Assembly: GCA_013239625.1 (NCBI GenBank)
Contig: MU053933.1
Coordinates: 2,195,026-2,259,025, forward strand
DNA from: Lama guanicoe
Lineage: Eukaryota
Length of the DNA stretch: 64,000 nucleotides
Direction of reading: 5' to 3'
Below are positions 1 through 12,405 of this stretch, in pieces. The translations under genes were made by a program, and so were the position numbers. The notes beneath the pieces were generated by a model, which saw only the letters and a program-made list of their open reading frames with translations, made no database searches and was not told where the DNA came from. The number at the start of each line of letters is the position of its first letter. The first letter of the stretch is position 1.

Positions 1-384
1 AGAGGTTGGGCCTCTACTGGGGGGGCTGAGGTTGGAGGTCTGCCCGAGAGGGAAGGGCAGAGGGGCCCCAAACGCTGCTCTGGGGCAAAGCAGCAGCGGG
101 CGGGAGTCAGAGGCACAAGGGGAGGAAGACGAGGGCCCTCGGCTCCAGTCCAGGCGGGACGTGCGGTCCATTGAGGGCACTGTCCAGGTGGATGTTAAAC
201 GGCCACCGTGGAGCCCTCAGAGGGGCAGGACGGTCCGCCTTCCCTGGGGGGCCATGGGAATCAGACCCCAGCATCCCTCCATCGTGGGGACCAGTGGGGT
301 CCTGTCTCTGCGCCCGGGGAGGCTGGGGCGTGACACGGCCCCGGGTATGCCGTCGGCGCAGGGCGCGTAGCCATGACTACTAAC

Positions 385-541
385 CAAAGGGGTACTTCAG
401 CACCTCCTTGTCCTCCAGCTTCCCCGTGAGGCCCTGCAGGATGCGGGGGATGGACAGCACGGCGAGCTCGGCATTCCTGCAGGGACAGAGCCACGGGGTG
501 GCGTCCGCACCGGGGAGCAGAACCAGCTGCCGCAGCAGGCC
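385..541 (-). CDS. TSPEAR: TSPEAR coding exon 5 (157 bp)
   Basis: Minus strand reads tgtAG|GGC CTG... = [52 protein letters not shown], then G|GTTAG. Matches remembered human [58 protein letters not shown]. Phase 0 start fits exon 4. Confidence 0.95.
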
Positions 542-792
542 CTACAGAGAGAGGGAGCGTGCGCTCAGACCTGCCGGAGAGGACCCCGGACCCCGGGCCA
601 CTGGCCCGGCCCACCAGAACCTGAGGGAGGGTAGGACTGGAGGCGGGCGCTAAGCTGTAACACTGGGAGGGAGGAGTTTGGGCATGGGGGCACTGCGAGC
701 AACAGTGGGGAACTGCACACCTCTCTACGGTAACTAAACCATGGAAGGGATTTTCCTGTGGACTAACCTGGAATGACTGGGTACGTTGCTCA

Positions 793-915
793 TCCATCTA
801 TATGTCCATCAGTTGTCCACCTAGCTGTCCATCCATCCATCCATCCATCCATCCACCCCCCCGCCCATCCATTCATCTATCTGCCCAACTATCTGTCTAT
901 CCTTCCATCCATCCA
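793..915. repeat. (CCAT)n degenerate tetranucleotide repeat
   Basis: Runs of atccatccatcc visible directly. Confidence 0.85.
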
Positions 916-1413
916 AGATTTTCATCAGTAAACGTTCGGAGCACCTACTATACATCGGGCATGGTTCTTGGCACTGGACACAGCAAGAAACAAAAGCCCT
1001 CATGGAGCAAGGTCCCCCACCCGCAATCTGAGGAAGAGACAGACAACACGCAAACACATAGCTGGTCTGGGGGTGGTCAGGGCTACAGGGGAAAGACAAT
1101 TGGAGGAGGGGCTGAGAAGGCCGGGTGTGGGGGTCATGTCCTCAGAGTCATGGGGAAGTCCTCCATGGCAAGAGGCCATGGGGCAGGGCCCAAGGTCATA
1201 AGGAAGAACCCACAGCAGTGGTGGGGACAGAGCTCCAGGCGGTGGGCGCAGCAGGTGCAAAGGCCCTGTGGTGGGAGTGTGCCCAGCATGCATAGGGCTC
1301 CGCTGAGCACACACAACAGTGTTGAACTGGAACTTGGGGTGCCAGGCCCGCAGTGCCAGGCCCTGCGAGCTCTGGTGGTGGGAGGGCCGGGTGGGCAGCC
1401 CCTCCACACTCAC

Positions 1414-1504
1414 TGTGAACAGGCCTTTGGTCCTCCTCCGGCTGCCGATGAAGAACTGGGCTCCCCGCACCGATAGGGTGGCTGGGAAGGGCACGTCAGC
1501 CATT
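1414..1504 (-). CDS. TSPEAR: TSPEAR coding exon 4 (91 bp)
   Basis: ttcAG|A ATG GCT GAC... = (I)[36 protein letters not shown]. Consensus splice sites; phase 2 start fits exon 3. Confidence 0.95.
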
Positions 1505-1619
1505 CTGAAAACATTGGAGGGCGGTTTTAGGGCCAGGGGAGTGCAGAGGCTCCGCCCATTTGTGTAGAAAGGCCAGTGGGCAACACCACGTGGAGGGGTA
1601 TCCGTGTCCAGGGGCGGCC

Positions 1620-1935
1620 GAACCGAGGTGCCACTGGCTGCAGCTGGACCACCAGAGGCATATTCTCTTGCGACTCTGGAGGCCGGAAGTTTGCATGGTG
1701 TGGGCTGGCGTGCCCCCTCCGCAGGCTCCAGGGGCGGGTCCCGCCCGCCTGCCCAGCTGCTGAGGCTCCTGGAGATTCCTGGCCGGCGGCCTTCTCGTAG
1801 GTGGGTCTTCTTATAAGCCCCCGATCACTGAATCAGGGCCTCCCTATTCCAGTGTGACCTCAACTTCACGTGATTACACCTGCAAGAACACTGTTTCCAA
1901 GCAAGGTCCCACTCTCGGGTTCTGGTGGGTGTGAA
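1620..1935 (-). mobile_element. MLT1-type (ERVL-MaLR) LTR remnant
   Basis: Typical MLT1 reverse-strand motifs tcttcttataag...gggcc...tgacctcaactt...gattacacctgcaagaacactgtttccaa. Boundaries approximate. Confidence 0.65.
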
Positions 1936-2954
1936 GTTGAGGAGCTGCTCTTTGCCCTGGGACAAGGGCCTTCCACTGAACCACGTGCCACCTCTGGTGG
2001 CTTCTCCCTGCACGGGGTCCCCAGCCTGCCCCCCTCCTCCTAGCATGGGGCAGGGGGACAGAGGGTTCAAGGCAGCAGGGAGTTCACCTCGTTGGTGACC
2101 CGGGCGGTGTTGGAAGACGTGGCCAGAGTTGGGTCTTGAGGTGCATGTGGAGAGAAGGCGGGGGCCCTGGCTGGAGGGGTGGCACGGCTGGAGCCTCCGG
2201 GGCGGAAAAAACAGGTGCGCTCCCTTGCTGCCCAGCACCTCCCAGCCAGGACGCCACGTCCTCTAGTCAAAGTTCCTGCTCTGTGCAGCCTTTGCCATTT
2301 GGCTGCAGTGGGCCGTGGCGAGGTCAGCTCTTGACTGCTGTCCCAGATCGCCCTGCACTCTGAGCGTAGCTCCCAGGCCTCCTGAGTCGGCTGAGCCATC
2401 CATGGCCCCTGCCTGGCCTGCGAAGCCCGGCCCCAGGGCCTAAATTCCTCCTCGGCCGCCGTCAGCTCCAGCCCCCAGCGCCAGGCTTGTCCCCCCGCAG
2501 GCTCTCGCACCTGAAATCATCGCTCCGGAAAGGCCCCAGAGTATTTGGGGGCAAGGTGGGGAGGGATTGTGAACAAGGTATATTTAAACAGAGTGTTTAA
2601 GTGTTCAGAATACTTTTTTTAAAATTACAAAATGCATTCCATGACAACAAAGCAGAGCAAGAGTCTCCTCTGAAAGCAGTAGCTGCCATAATGACAGATT
2701 CACGTAGACTGGACCATTTGTGATCAGAAAGACAGCGTGGCCAGCCCCAGCCAGCAGGGACGGAAGCTGAGGACTGGTGGGGGTCACAGGCCGGCTGCGG
2801 GGACTTACCACCGCCCTGGCCAGTTTACAGAGGAGCCAGGTCTTGGGAGCCAGGCAACGGCAGGGACAAGGGATGGATTTGGGCTCCGAGTGCCTGGGGT
2901 CGTATCAAAGCTACTGTGGATTATTTTGCAGGTTTATTTGGAGTTTGGGTGAAT

Positions 2955-3030
2955 ATCTATTCTCATCCCAGATGAGGAAACTGAGTCAGAGAGGTTGTGA
3001 TGTGTTGAAAGTCACAGAGCAAGAACTGGG
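2955..3030. mobile_element. MIR SINE core fragment
   Basis: cagatgaggaaactgagtcagagagg...gtcacagagc matches the MIR core. Confidence 0.7.
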
Positions 3031-3423
3031 CCTCCATCAGGCGTAGCTCCTTTTTGGTTCTGGTGCCTGAGTTGGTTCTGACCCTCCTCTGGGCCTTCAT
3101 CTGATGGTAACAACTCTGCATCATGTGTGTACCCGGGTCAAGTTTAATCCCCCCAGCATGGGCAGGGGCAGGCTAGGCTCCCTCCCGGCCTGGCAGCCAG
3201 CTCTGACCCATGGGGCCCCCGCCCATCACTGCCTCTTTGAGGGGTGGGCTTCATGTCCACCTGCCCGTGACCCTGGCACCCCTCCACCAGCCTGACCCCA
3301 CCAGGCCCTGCCCATGTGCACAAGAGGAGCCGCACGGGGCAGCCACTTGGGACCTGGCTGCAGGAACCCATCTTGCTGGGCAGCACACGGCACCCTGTGA
3401 TCTCTGGGCATCCCAGTACCTAC

Positions 3424-3662
3424 ATGTCCACGGGGAGGCCGCAGTCCGTGGTCAGGGAAAAGGAGTCTTCGGACACGGCCAAGACCAGCGTGTGCCACTG
3501 GCCGTCCATCAGGGCTGGGCTGCGGAAGGACACGCGGGTCTGCCAGATTCCCGCCGCGTCCTCGCTGCGGAAGAGGAAGTGCAGCCGGGCAGCCGAGTAG
3601 AGCAGGCCGAGCAGCAGGGCGTCCAGCCCCTCCGCCATCACCGTGAGCAGGTACTCGTTCTT
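3424..3662 (-). CDS. TSPEAR: TSPEAR coding exon 3 (239 bp), laminin-G/TSP-N domain
   Basis: ctgcAG|AAG AAC GAG TAC... = [79 protein letters not shown], then AT|GTAGGT. Lies in ORF 3420..3692. Confidence 0.96.
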
Positions 3663-3718
3663 CTGCAGGGACAGGGCGGCACGTGGGAGCACACGCTCGG
3701 GTTAACAGGCCTCGCTAT

Positions 3719-4545
3719 TGTAACGATCGCTTTACCGAATCGTACTCTCTCCTTTGTGCAGGCACATGAGACGTGCATAACCGAAGCCCACGCTTTCTGT
3801 GCTTGTCACTGTGCTGCTGCTTCAGAGCCAAGGGTCCCACAGCACACAGGCTGAACTCTCGACACCAGTCCCCTCCTCATCTGCAGAGCTTCGCTCAGCT
3901 GCCTCGGAGCCGCTTTGCCAGCAGGACCTGCTACCAACTGGCTCCTCGCCGTGAAAAGCGGAGACATGCCCTGCTCGCTTTGCTGAGCTCGGGGCTGCTT
4001 GCGCTCATGGAAAGCCACAGCTCGTCCCCCGCCCCGGCCGGCAGGACGCGCTTCGCTCATCAGGCGCAGGCGGACAGCGTGGGCCGCTCCTGCTCGCGGA
4101 AGACAGTGCCTGAGCGCCCGGCTGGGGACAGCGGGGCGGCTTCGCGCGCTCAGACGACTTCTGATCGTTGTGCGGAGACTCCGCGGTGGTCTGGGTTTTC
4201 GTTATCAATTGTTGGGAACACTGTAACCTCGCTCATGATTGTTGGGGGCTTAAAATAGCCGTTTGTACGTACCGTCAATATTGTAACTTCTCTCGAGTAT
4301 AAATTAAGATCACAATGTTTCTGTTTCTCACTGACTGAAACCGCTGGCCTGCGGCCCTGCACGCGCACCGTGCCCTTTACTCATTCCTACAGCGCATTTC
4401 ACTTTGGCTCTTTGTCTGACTCTTCTCAGTAAATACAGGAGCTCTGGCTCCCTCTCACTCTCTTGACCTGATACAGTCTTGAGTGATTTCGTTCTTCCGC
4501 GGTGGGGTTTTTGCTGGACAAAACCCACGACGGACAGAACCCACA
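3719..4545 (+). mobile_element. Probable young ERV LTR, running into the assembly gap
   Basis: Starts TGTAAC and ends CCACA at the gap. TATAAA at 4298-4303, AGTAAA at 4428-4433, CpG-rich, stem-loop near the 3' end. TSD not verifiable because of the gap. Confidence 0.6.
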
Positions 4546-4680
4546 NNNNNNNNNNNNNNNNNNNNNNNNNNNNNNNNNNNNNNNNNNNNNNNNNNNNNNN
4601 NNNNNNNNNNNNNNNNNNNNNNNNNNNNNNNNNNNNNNNNNNNNNNNNNNNNNNNNNNNNNNNNNNNNNNNNNNNNNNNN
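4546..4680. other. Assembly gap (135 N)
   Basis: Run of n. Confidence 1.
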
Positions 4681-4879
4681 GGATGGAGGCGGAGCATCAG
4701 GGCAGGTGGGGGCAGGGCAGCGGGGAGGAGGAGGTTGGGGGTAGCTGGGGGCGAGTCTCTGAGGCAGTGACCACGCTCCCTGGTAAGCCAGACGTGTGGC
4801 ACACGCCCAGGAGGACAGCTACGATCAATTGGATGGAAAATACCAGGAGCTGATGAGGACGTGGAGAAACTGGAGCCTG

Positions 4880-5440
4880 TGCACTGCGGTGGGGGGGTGC
4901 GGCTGTTACAGAAAACAGAATATTCGTGTGGAATTACGGCCTGAGCCAGCACCCCCGCCGCCGGGTACACGCCCAGGAGGGCTGGCGGCAGGGTCCTGAA
5001 GAGATGCTGTGCCCACATGTTCGTTTCTCTCAGTAGCTGGGACATCGAGGTAGCCATGTCCATCAGAGGAGAAATGGGTGGGTGAGTGCGGTCCATTCAC
5101 TTAGCCTTAGAAAGCAAGCTGTGACACCAGCGTGGATGAACCTTGCGGACCTTACGCTGAGTGACATAAGCTAGTCACAAAAGGACAAACAGTATACGAT
5201 CCACTTGCATGAGGTCCCTGGAGCGGCCGGATTCAGAGACAGAGAGTAGAAAGGGGGTGCCCGGGGGCCGGGGAGTGGGGAGCAGGGAGCTGTTGCTTAA
5301 CGTGTGTGGAGTTTCTGTTTGGGGAAGAAAAAAAACTGGTGATGGTTGCACAACAATGTGGCTGTCGTCAGTGCCCCCGAGCTGTGCACTTTAAAGGGGT
5401 TAAAATGGCAAATTTCAGGTTGTGTGTATTTCACCACAGG
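4880..5440 (+). mobile_element. Old L1M (L1MB-like) 3' end fragment
   Basis: gatgaaccttg...agtcacaaaaggacaaac...tgtgcactttaaa...gcaaatttc motifs typical of L1M 3' UTRs. Confidence 0.7.
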
Positions 5441-6573
5441 TCTTAAAACCTCGTAGCGCCCGCCATGATGGCCGTGCACGAGCACCCCCGCCGGCTGCAC
5501 AGCGCTCCCCGGCTCGGCCCGCATAGACGCGGCCGCCTCAACACGCGTGAGCGCAGCTCCGCATCTGCTCGCTTCCAGACCCACACGGGCGGAAGGTAAA
5601 GAGCTGAAGTGATTAATTTGAAGCAGGTGCATAAATACAGAATATAACTTTTCAGCAAGTCTTTGCCCGTGTACACCTGTGAGCGAAATTCCAGGCACTG
5701 CTGCACTGAAGAAGCAGAAACCTCCATGGTCCTCACGTCTAATTCAACTCCTAACACAGCACAAGACCTCTGGCATAGCTTGGTCACGTGACTGCCGGCC
5801 ACTCCAGACGCTGCGGGGACACGTGTGACACCTGCAGGTATCTGCCAGGGAAGGGAACCCTCCCATGAGTCAGCATTCAGGAAGTGCGTGTGAGGCATGG
5901 AAACCAGAAACGACAGTGAGGGCAGAATGCGCACGGCGATGGCTGGGCAGCTGGGGCGGGTGGCTGGGAGGACTTCACAGGCAGGGCCTCCGGCGGAACA
6001 GGCATCTCCAATTCTCCACGCCCAGGTCGCGGGACCACAGGCCCTGAGCAGCCATGGACCTTCCTGGGAGGGCGTAAGCTCCGCCAGTGACACTGCCCTG
6101 AGGAGTCAGGCCACTGCCCTTTGGGATTTCTCAGTCTCTCACCCCTAGAGATACTTCTAGGAGACCAACGTCTACTCAAGACACCCCTCCCCACCCCGAT
6201 GAAGGTGAGATGAAGGAAGTAAATGAGGTGGTGAAGTGAGTTTATTCCTCCAGGTGCCTGAGAAAATGCTGACAGTTTGGAAAGAGAGGCCAAGTGACCC
6301 AGGCAGAGAAATGGGGAGGGGGGACAGGTGACCCAGAGGCAGGTGGGGTCACCTGGGAGGCAAGAGCCCTGGGGCACAGCAAGGTCGAGGGGTCCTGGGA
6401 GCAGTGGTCAGAGGTCAGTCAGGTCAGGACAATGGATACATAGCAGGACATGTCCTCAGTGGGGACAGTCACATAACTCAGGTCAGGACTGAGGGGAAGC
6501 TGGGGGCCAAGTCACTGATGGGAACTGAGCCCGGCTGGCCCTGGGGGGACAGGCCCGGTCAGCAGCAGGGCTT

Positions 6574-7209
6574 CTAGGCCGAGTTGGGGACACAGCAGGT
6601 GGGGCAGGGGCATGCAGGGCGGCAGAGCAGGGACACGCAGGAGGCCGGGCGGCAGCAGCTGGGCTGGCAGGAGGGGGCGGGGGCACAGCAGGCGGGTCTG
6701 CACACGGGGCGGCAGAGCAGGGACACAGAGGAGGAGGGTCTGCAGCAGGACGAGGGGCAGGGGGTGGGCTCACAGCACACGGGCCTGCAGCACACGGGCC
6801 TGCAGCAGACAGGCCTGCAGCACACGGGCCTGCAGCAGACAGGCCTGCAGCACACGGGCGTGCAGCACACGGGCCTGCAGCACACAGGCCTGCAGCACAC
6901 GGGCTCACAGCAGTCCTGCTGGCAGGGGGAGGAGGTGCAGCAGGAGGGCTGGCAGCTAGACTGCGGGCAGCACAAGGCCGTGCAGGAGCTGGTGCAGGCA
7001 GATGGGCAGGGGCAGGGCTCACAGCTCGCTGAGGCGCAGAGGAGGCTCAGGCAGGGGGCCGGGGCGCAGCAGGGGGGCTCGCAGCAGCTCTCTGGGCAGT
7101 CGTCCACCTGCCAGGAGGAGCCGGTGCAGGAGTCACAGGGACCGGCCAGGCAGACCCGGCTGCCGTAGCTCAGGTCGCCGGAGCAGGTGGACAGGGCCGG
7201 CGCGGCCAT
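6574..7209 (-). CDS. KRTAP10: Keratin-associated protein 10 family gene (copy 1, 211 aa), in TSPEAR intron 2
   Basis: Intronless MAAPALSTCSGDLSYGSRVCLAGPCDSCTGSSWQVDDCPESCCEPPCC... with 9 CCxPV pentapeptides. Kozak cccgccATGG; TATAAAA at 7296-7302; AATAAA at 6241-6246 (minus). Exact paralog number not assignable. Confidence 0.93.
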   Translation of the reverse strand: MAAPALSTCSGDLSYGSRVCLAGPCDSCTGSSWQVDDCPESCCEPPCCAPAPCLSLLCASASCEPCPCPSACTSSCTALCCPQSSCQPSCCTSSPCQQDCCEPVCCRPVCCRPVCCTPVCCRPVCCRPVCCRPVCCRPVCCRPVCCEPTPCPSSCCRPSSSVSLLCRPVCRPACCAPAPSCQPSCCRPASCVSLLCRPACPCPTCCVPNSA

Positions 7210-7295
7210 GGCGGGGGCGGTGGGGCTGGAGGAGGGTGAGTGTGTGAGCCTGAGTGTGAGTGCGAGGGAGTGTGAGGTGCCTAGGGGTGCCGGGC

Positions 7296-7354
7296 TTTTA
7301 TACCCCTCCCTGGCCTGTGTCGTCCCAGCAGGAGGCTCCACGCCCGCACTTCCT
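7296..7354 (-). promoter_or_regulatory. KRTAP10 copy 1 core promoter (AGGAAG box + TATA)
   Basis: Minus strand GAGGAAGTG at ~7354-7349 and GGGGTATAAAAG at ~7302, about 90 bp upstream of the ATG. Confidence 0.75.
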
Positions 7355-9381
7355 CGTTGGTGTTGACAGCTGGTTGCGGGAGCCTTCATTAGTGCTGGCG
7401 TATTTTCAATAGTTTTACTCACTAAACTTGTGAGTATGAATGTCCTGAGTTGCAGGATGTTTCCTGTCTCTCCTGTGTTTGGCTCCAGAAAAGTTACGGA
7501 AAACATTTGAGGCAAGGTTATGCTGAGCTGAGGCCTAGAGGTGAACACTTCTGTGACGTGATGAGTTGTGGTTCCATCTCTCCTGTGTGTGGGGTGCTTT
7601 AATATTATTTTGACTTTTAAGCATTTTAAAAAGTGGTGTAGAGTGACACTCCACATCTTATAAAATGCAAGTGGTTCAGAGGATTGGACCATAGAGGTGG
7701 GTCTGGGGTCAGGTTCCACAGGGGGTGGCCCACGCACCACCCCAGCCCCCGCGGCAGCTGTGTGGCAGGAGGCGCAGAGAGGGAGACGTCCAGCCCGGCG
7801 CAGCCCAGCTGACCGCGCCCGACAGCAGTGTTAATGGGCCGTGGTCAGACGCGGACTCTCAGGTGCCCGCGTGAGCCGGGGCCGTGCGAGGACGCGGAGA
7901 CCCAGGGGCAGGGTTGGACTCTCCTCTGTCACCACTTTTCCTCACCTTTTCACTCAAACCCAGGTGCCTTTCAACGCCCGCTGTGCACCCCACACTCCAT
8001 GGCTGAGCAAACTACCCACTCCGGCCAGAATTTGCCTCCTTCAAGGGTGATGCCCTGAAAGACCAGTTCAGGGAGAGGGAGACTGTCTCCTCTGGGGACG
8101 CCGCGTGTGAGCCCTGGGGACTCGTGCACCCAGCGCAACACCGAGAAGCTCAGGCAGCCGACGGTTTCCCTGGTGGGTATGAGAAGACGTGGTCCCGGGG
8201 AGCTCGGAACAGAAAGTCGGAGTGGGCTGACGCCGGTGAAGACGTCAGCATCTGGGTCCGTGAGCTCCACGGTGGCCCTGACCGCAGCTGTGAGGTGAGA
8301 TACCGTTTTCTGAGCACCTGTTCTGGGCCCGGCGGGGATCTGAGTGCTTCACAGCTGTTACCTCAATTAATTCCATATCAGCGAAGTGAGGGAGTTACTG
8401 TGAACGGGCGGCGGACGCCCAGGCACAGAGAGGGGAAGCAGCGCCCTCAAGGTCACACAGCCCAGAGAGTCAGGGCTGGGGCCGGAGGCCGCCAGCGGGA
8501 TATAGGACCAAGGCTCTCAACCAGGACATCCCCCAGGCCGAATTCAGGGCGGACGTGGAAGAAAACACGTGTCGCAGGAAACTTAACACCAAGCAGCTGG
8601 ACTGAAAGTTCACAGCAGAAGCAGGAAAGCGCGAAATTAACACCGGAGAGAATCCGCTCAGTGGTTTTAAGGACAGACATTGCTAGTTCCTCCAAGTCAT
8701 GGAGGCTGAGGATAAGACCCTCAGGATGGGGAGAGAAAGCGTGACAAACCGTGTGTTCCGACGTCAGACACGACAGCTCAGTCGCTGGGGAGGGAGAAAC
8801 CGCAGTTAGGACGAAAACAGCAATCGGAGGCATAGCTGAGCATGAGTCACTCCGCGCTGAGGGGACAAGGGTGTGCGCGCATCTGGACTGAAGGGCCCGC
8901 GAATGCCAGGAGAGTCTGGCCTTCAGGGCTGCCCCGGACACTGACGACGCCTTCCTCAAGGAAAGAGAGCAGCACCGTGTTTTCACATGAAGCAAGAGCT
9001 TAGAAAGGACTCCGTCCACGTGTCCCTCTTGGGAAAAAAGTACTGACAGAAGTAAGACGAAGGACGCGCACAGGGCCCGCGGGGCCTGGCTGAGCGACCC
9101 GGCGCTGCGTGCAGAGCAACGCCCCGGCCTGCGGGAGCAGGTGCGGCGTGGGGCCGTGCGAGCCACCGGCCCCCTGTGGCCCCCAGGCCCTTGCAAAGAA
9201 GCCAGTACCGCATCCTGAAGTGGTGACCTTCTGAATATATTGGGTTAAATAAAATATCTTATTAAATTAATCTCCTGTTTCTTTCCTCACTTTTAAATGT
9301 GGTGATTATAGTAGTTACAGTTACGTGTGTGGCTTGAACTACATTTCCGTGGGGAAACATAGCTCATTCCTGCTTTAAGTT

Positions 9382-9805
9382 TGTTTTTGTTTTGCTTTGT
9401 TTTGCTTTGGTGAGGGGGAGGCAAGTAGGTTTTTATTTATTTTTAACGCGGGTACTGGGGATTGACCCCAAGACCTTGTGCGTGCATCGTTCATTCCTGC
9501 TTTAAGTTCATTTGTTTGTTTGTTTGTTTGTTTGATTGTTTGTTTAGGGGGGCAGGTAATTAAGTTTTTATTTATTTATTTATTTTTGAGGGTGGTTTGG
9601 GGAATTAAACCCAGGACCTTGTGCGCCCTAGGCACGCACTCTACCGCTGAGCCGCACCTCCCGCCTCACCCCTGCTTTAGAGCACGCTAAGAGACTAGTC
9701 ATTCGAGGGTGAATAGATTTTTTTTCAAACGGAGGAACTGGAGACTGGACCCAGGACCTGGGGCACGCTAAGCACTCGCTCTGCACTGAGCTCCACCCTC
9801 CCCTT
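9382..9805 (-). mobile_element. Cluster of three tRNA-derived camelid-type (Vic-1-like) SINEs
   Basis: Three copies of ggggattgaacccaggacc...gcactctacc(a/g)ctgagc with T-rich tails. 18-bp duplication tcattcctgctttaagtt at 9364 and 9491. Confidence 0.8.
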
Positions 9806-11244
9806 CAAGGGGGATTGATGTTGAGAAAACAAAGTAGATCCTCTGTTAAACAGAAATTTCTCACATTATCTTGTTTCTTTTTTTTGTTTTAATAGTTAAA
9901 ATCTACATCAAAAGAGAAAGTTAACAAGTATTCACTAGTATGACTGAAAACAGAATATATCTTTCAGAACAGTAGAAAAATTATTAGACATCCTCTACTT
10001 GAAGACAAAAACAATGGAAACAAGAACACTTACAGAGCAGAGAATTTCATCAATGTGGCAGAATCTGGGGCTAAATCATCAGTTACAATGTAAAGTAAAT
10101 TTCATCTAATGTTTCTTATTAGACGGGAAAAAAAGTCTTGAAATGGTTCCTAAAATAACAACCGAAAAGGTGACAGCTGCTGTCCCAGTTAAGCAGAGAC
10201 ACCAACCAACAGTCACGCAAAGTGCGAGAGGAGCCGGTGGGAGGGCCAGCCTCCTGAGCCGCACTCAGAGGCCCCCCTTCCCACTAGGGGGCTGAGACGA
10301 CCTGGACATGGGGGCCCACCAGCCCCCATGTCCCCACGTCTGGGAATAGTACGAGATCAGAGCAGACGGAAGGGAGGAGTGGCCACGACTCCTCGCATCC
10401 GGGTAAGCTTGTTTCATTGCCAGCATCCCAGTCTGTGGGGAGGTGTGGCCACTGACAAGGCAGGGCTGGCCCCGGGCAGGGGGCGGGGGGACCCCCAGGA
10501 AAGCAGCAGCCCCCACCAGGGACCCCGGCGTGGGAAGGCACCCTCCTGGCTCCACCAGGTGCATCGACTTGGCCAGTGAGCAGTTGTCCAAATGGAGGGG
10601 ACAGAAATAAAGCCAGGAGCCCACCCCTGCTCAGGCTGAGGACTGCAAAGGAGGAAGAGCGTGGCCCCCGCCAGTCCCCCAGGGTCAGCGAGCTGCCCTG
10701 CTGGTAGCAGACCAGCAGGGAGCATCCGGGCCATCAGGACCTGCCTTCCACCCGCTTGGCAGCCCACGTCGCATCTCTTGGGGGTCCACCAGACAGAAGG
10801 CACAGATGTCATTACCGCATCCCTGGCTCAGCTCCTCCCCTGGAGCAAACACGCTCCCTCTGCAGGAAGATGTCTTCACCGGAGCCCTCAAACAGCTGCA
10901 GACACTTGTCCCAGAACGAGGACCATTGCTCAGCCAAAGCTGACTCAGCACACCAGGAGGGGAGACCCCAGGAGCAAGAACTGGCGAGTGTGACAGGAAA
11001 CTCAGCCAAGCCTGGTTTCCCTCCGTGGTGGCCCCCCAGCCAAGCCCCTTCTCACTGGGGTACACCCTGTCCTCCAGGTGGCTGCCTGCTCAGCCTCGTC
11101 CCCACAGGGATGACCAGAGCGACTCCCTCCTTCCTATGTCTTCCAGGAAGGCAACCTACCTCAATACTCAGATTCCTGGGGGGCACCCAGTGAGCACCTT
11201 CCGTTTCCAAATATCCCACCCTCCTTGGCTACTGGCCCCTGGGA

Positions 11245-11640
11245 TGGTTCGTTTCATGTGTTAACTTGGCCAGGCTGTGGTGTGCGGTTGTTTGGGTAAA
11301 CACGTCTGGATGTCACGGTAATGGCATTTCTTCGATGAGACCGAGACCGACATTTAAATCAGGGGACTCTGAGTGGAGCAGACTGCCCGCCACAATGTGC
11401 ATGGGCCTCGCCCGATCAGTTGCAGGCCTTGAGGAAAGACTGCAGCCTCCCGAGGAGGAGCAGTTTCCACCAGCAGACTGTCTTTGCGCTCCAGCTGCAA
11501 CGGCAGTTCTTCCCCGGGAAGCCTGCCCTCTAGGTTGTGGACTTGCCAGCCTCCGCCATCACGTGAGCCAACTCCTCAAAACAAACCTCTCTGCACACAT
11601 ACACATCTTACTAATTGCTCCCCTGGCGCGTGCTGACTAG
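11245..11640 (+). mobile_element. MLT2-type (ERVL) LTR remnant
   Basis: tgtgttaacttggccaggct...gggcctcgcccgatcagttgcaggccttga...ggacttgccagcctcc...gtgagccaa matches MLT2. Confidence 0.7.
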
Positions 11641-12405
11641 CGCAGGCTCCCTCGTGCGGCACGAGGCTCTCCCGCTCCCAGCGTCTCTACGCGGAGGGAG
11701 CAGCCACCGTTGTGCCCAGGTCACTGGAGAAGGGCCAGCGCCGGCTTGCCAGAAGCTGTTTCTGCAGTGGGCTTTACACCTTCAGAGCAGGTGCTTTGTT
11801 AAACGGGGTCTCCTTTGTCCCCAGCAAAGCCCCAAGTCCCCTGTGTGCAAGGCCCGGTGCCTGGACACGTGCCCCACCGCCTGTCCCTCACCAGCAGAGA
11901 CACGCAGGGTCTCCCAAGTGAACAGGATTCTCTGGGCTGGAGCTGCTGGGGGACCGTGAGCACCGGAGGCCCGGGCAGAGTGAGGGAGGGCCTGGCTGGC
12001 CTAGCCTGATGGGGCTAGTGCCCTGGACGCGGCTCAGGGCCAGGTCTCAAAGCAGCCCAGCTCACACTCTCCCCCGAGCTCCTCCCCGCAGTTCGCACAG
12101 AATGCACTCGAGGCCTTGGAGAGCGCCTGGCAATGACTTTATTTGTTAACAGACTGACCACTCACATGGGGCAGAACAAAATGCACAATCCAACAAGGAT
12201 GGAGAGGACACTTGGTGAGGTCGGAACTCGGAGGAAACTAGGGGCCAGCCCAGCGGGCAGTGAGGGCTCAGCCCAGGCAGCAGAAGTGAGGGGCTCTGGA
12301 GCAGAAGGAGCCCCGAGACTGGGCTCAGGGCTCCAGAGACTTCAGATGGAAGTCAGAGTTGGTCCTAGGAGGAGCTGGGGACCTGCCCGGTCAGCAGCCG
12401 GACTT

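Noticed and set aside
6584..7168. Antisense ORFs with LQHTG/LQQTG repeats (also 28072-28686, 34360-34869, 41790-42356, 56895-57329)
   Set aside because: They are the reverse complement of TGC-rich KRTAP repeats, which lack stops; no independent promoter or poly(A) evidence.
7210..7740. Long N-terminal extensions of KRTAP ORFs in the ORF track (388, 261, 284, 240, 252 aa)
   Set aside because: They run through the TATA box; the true start is the Kozak ATG about 90 bp downstream of TATA.
10250..11200. Possible remnant of a third intron 2 KRTAP gene
   Set aside because: GC-rich with an AATAAA, but I found no cysteine-repeat frame or KRTAP 5' motif.
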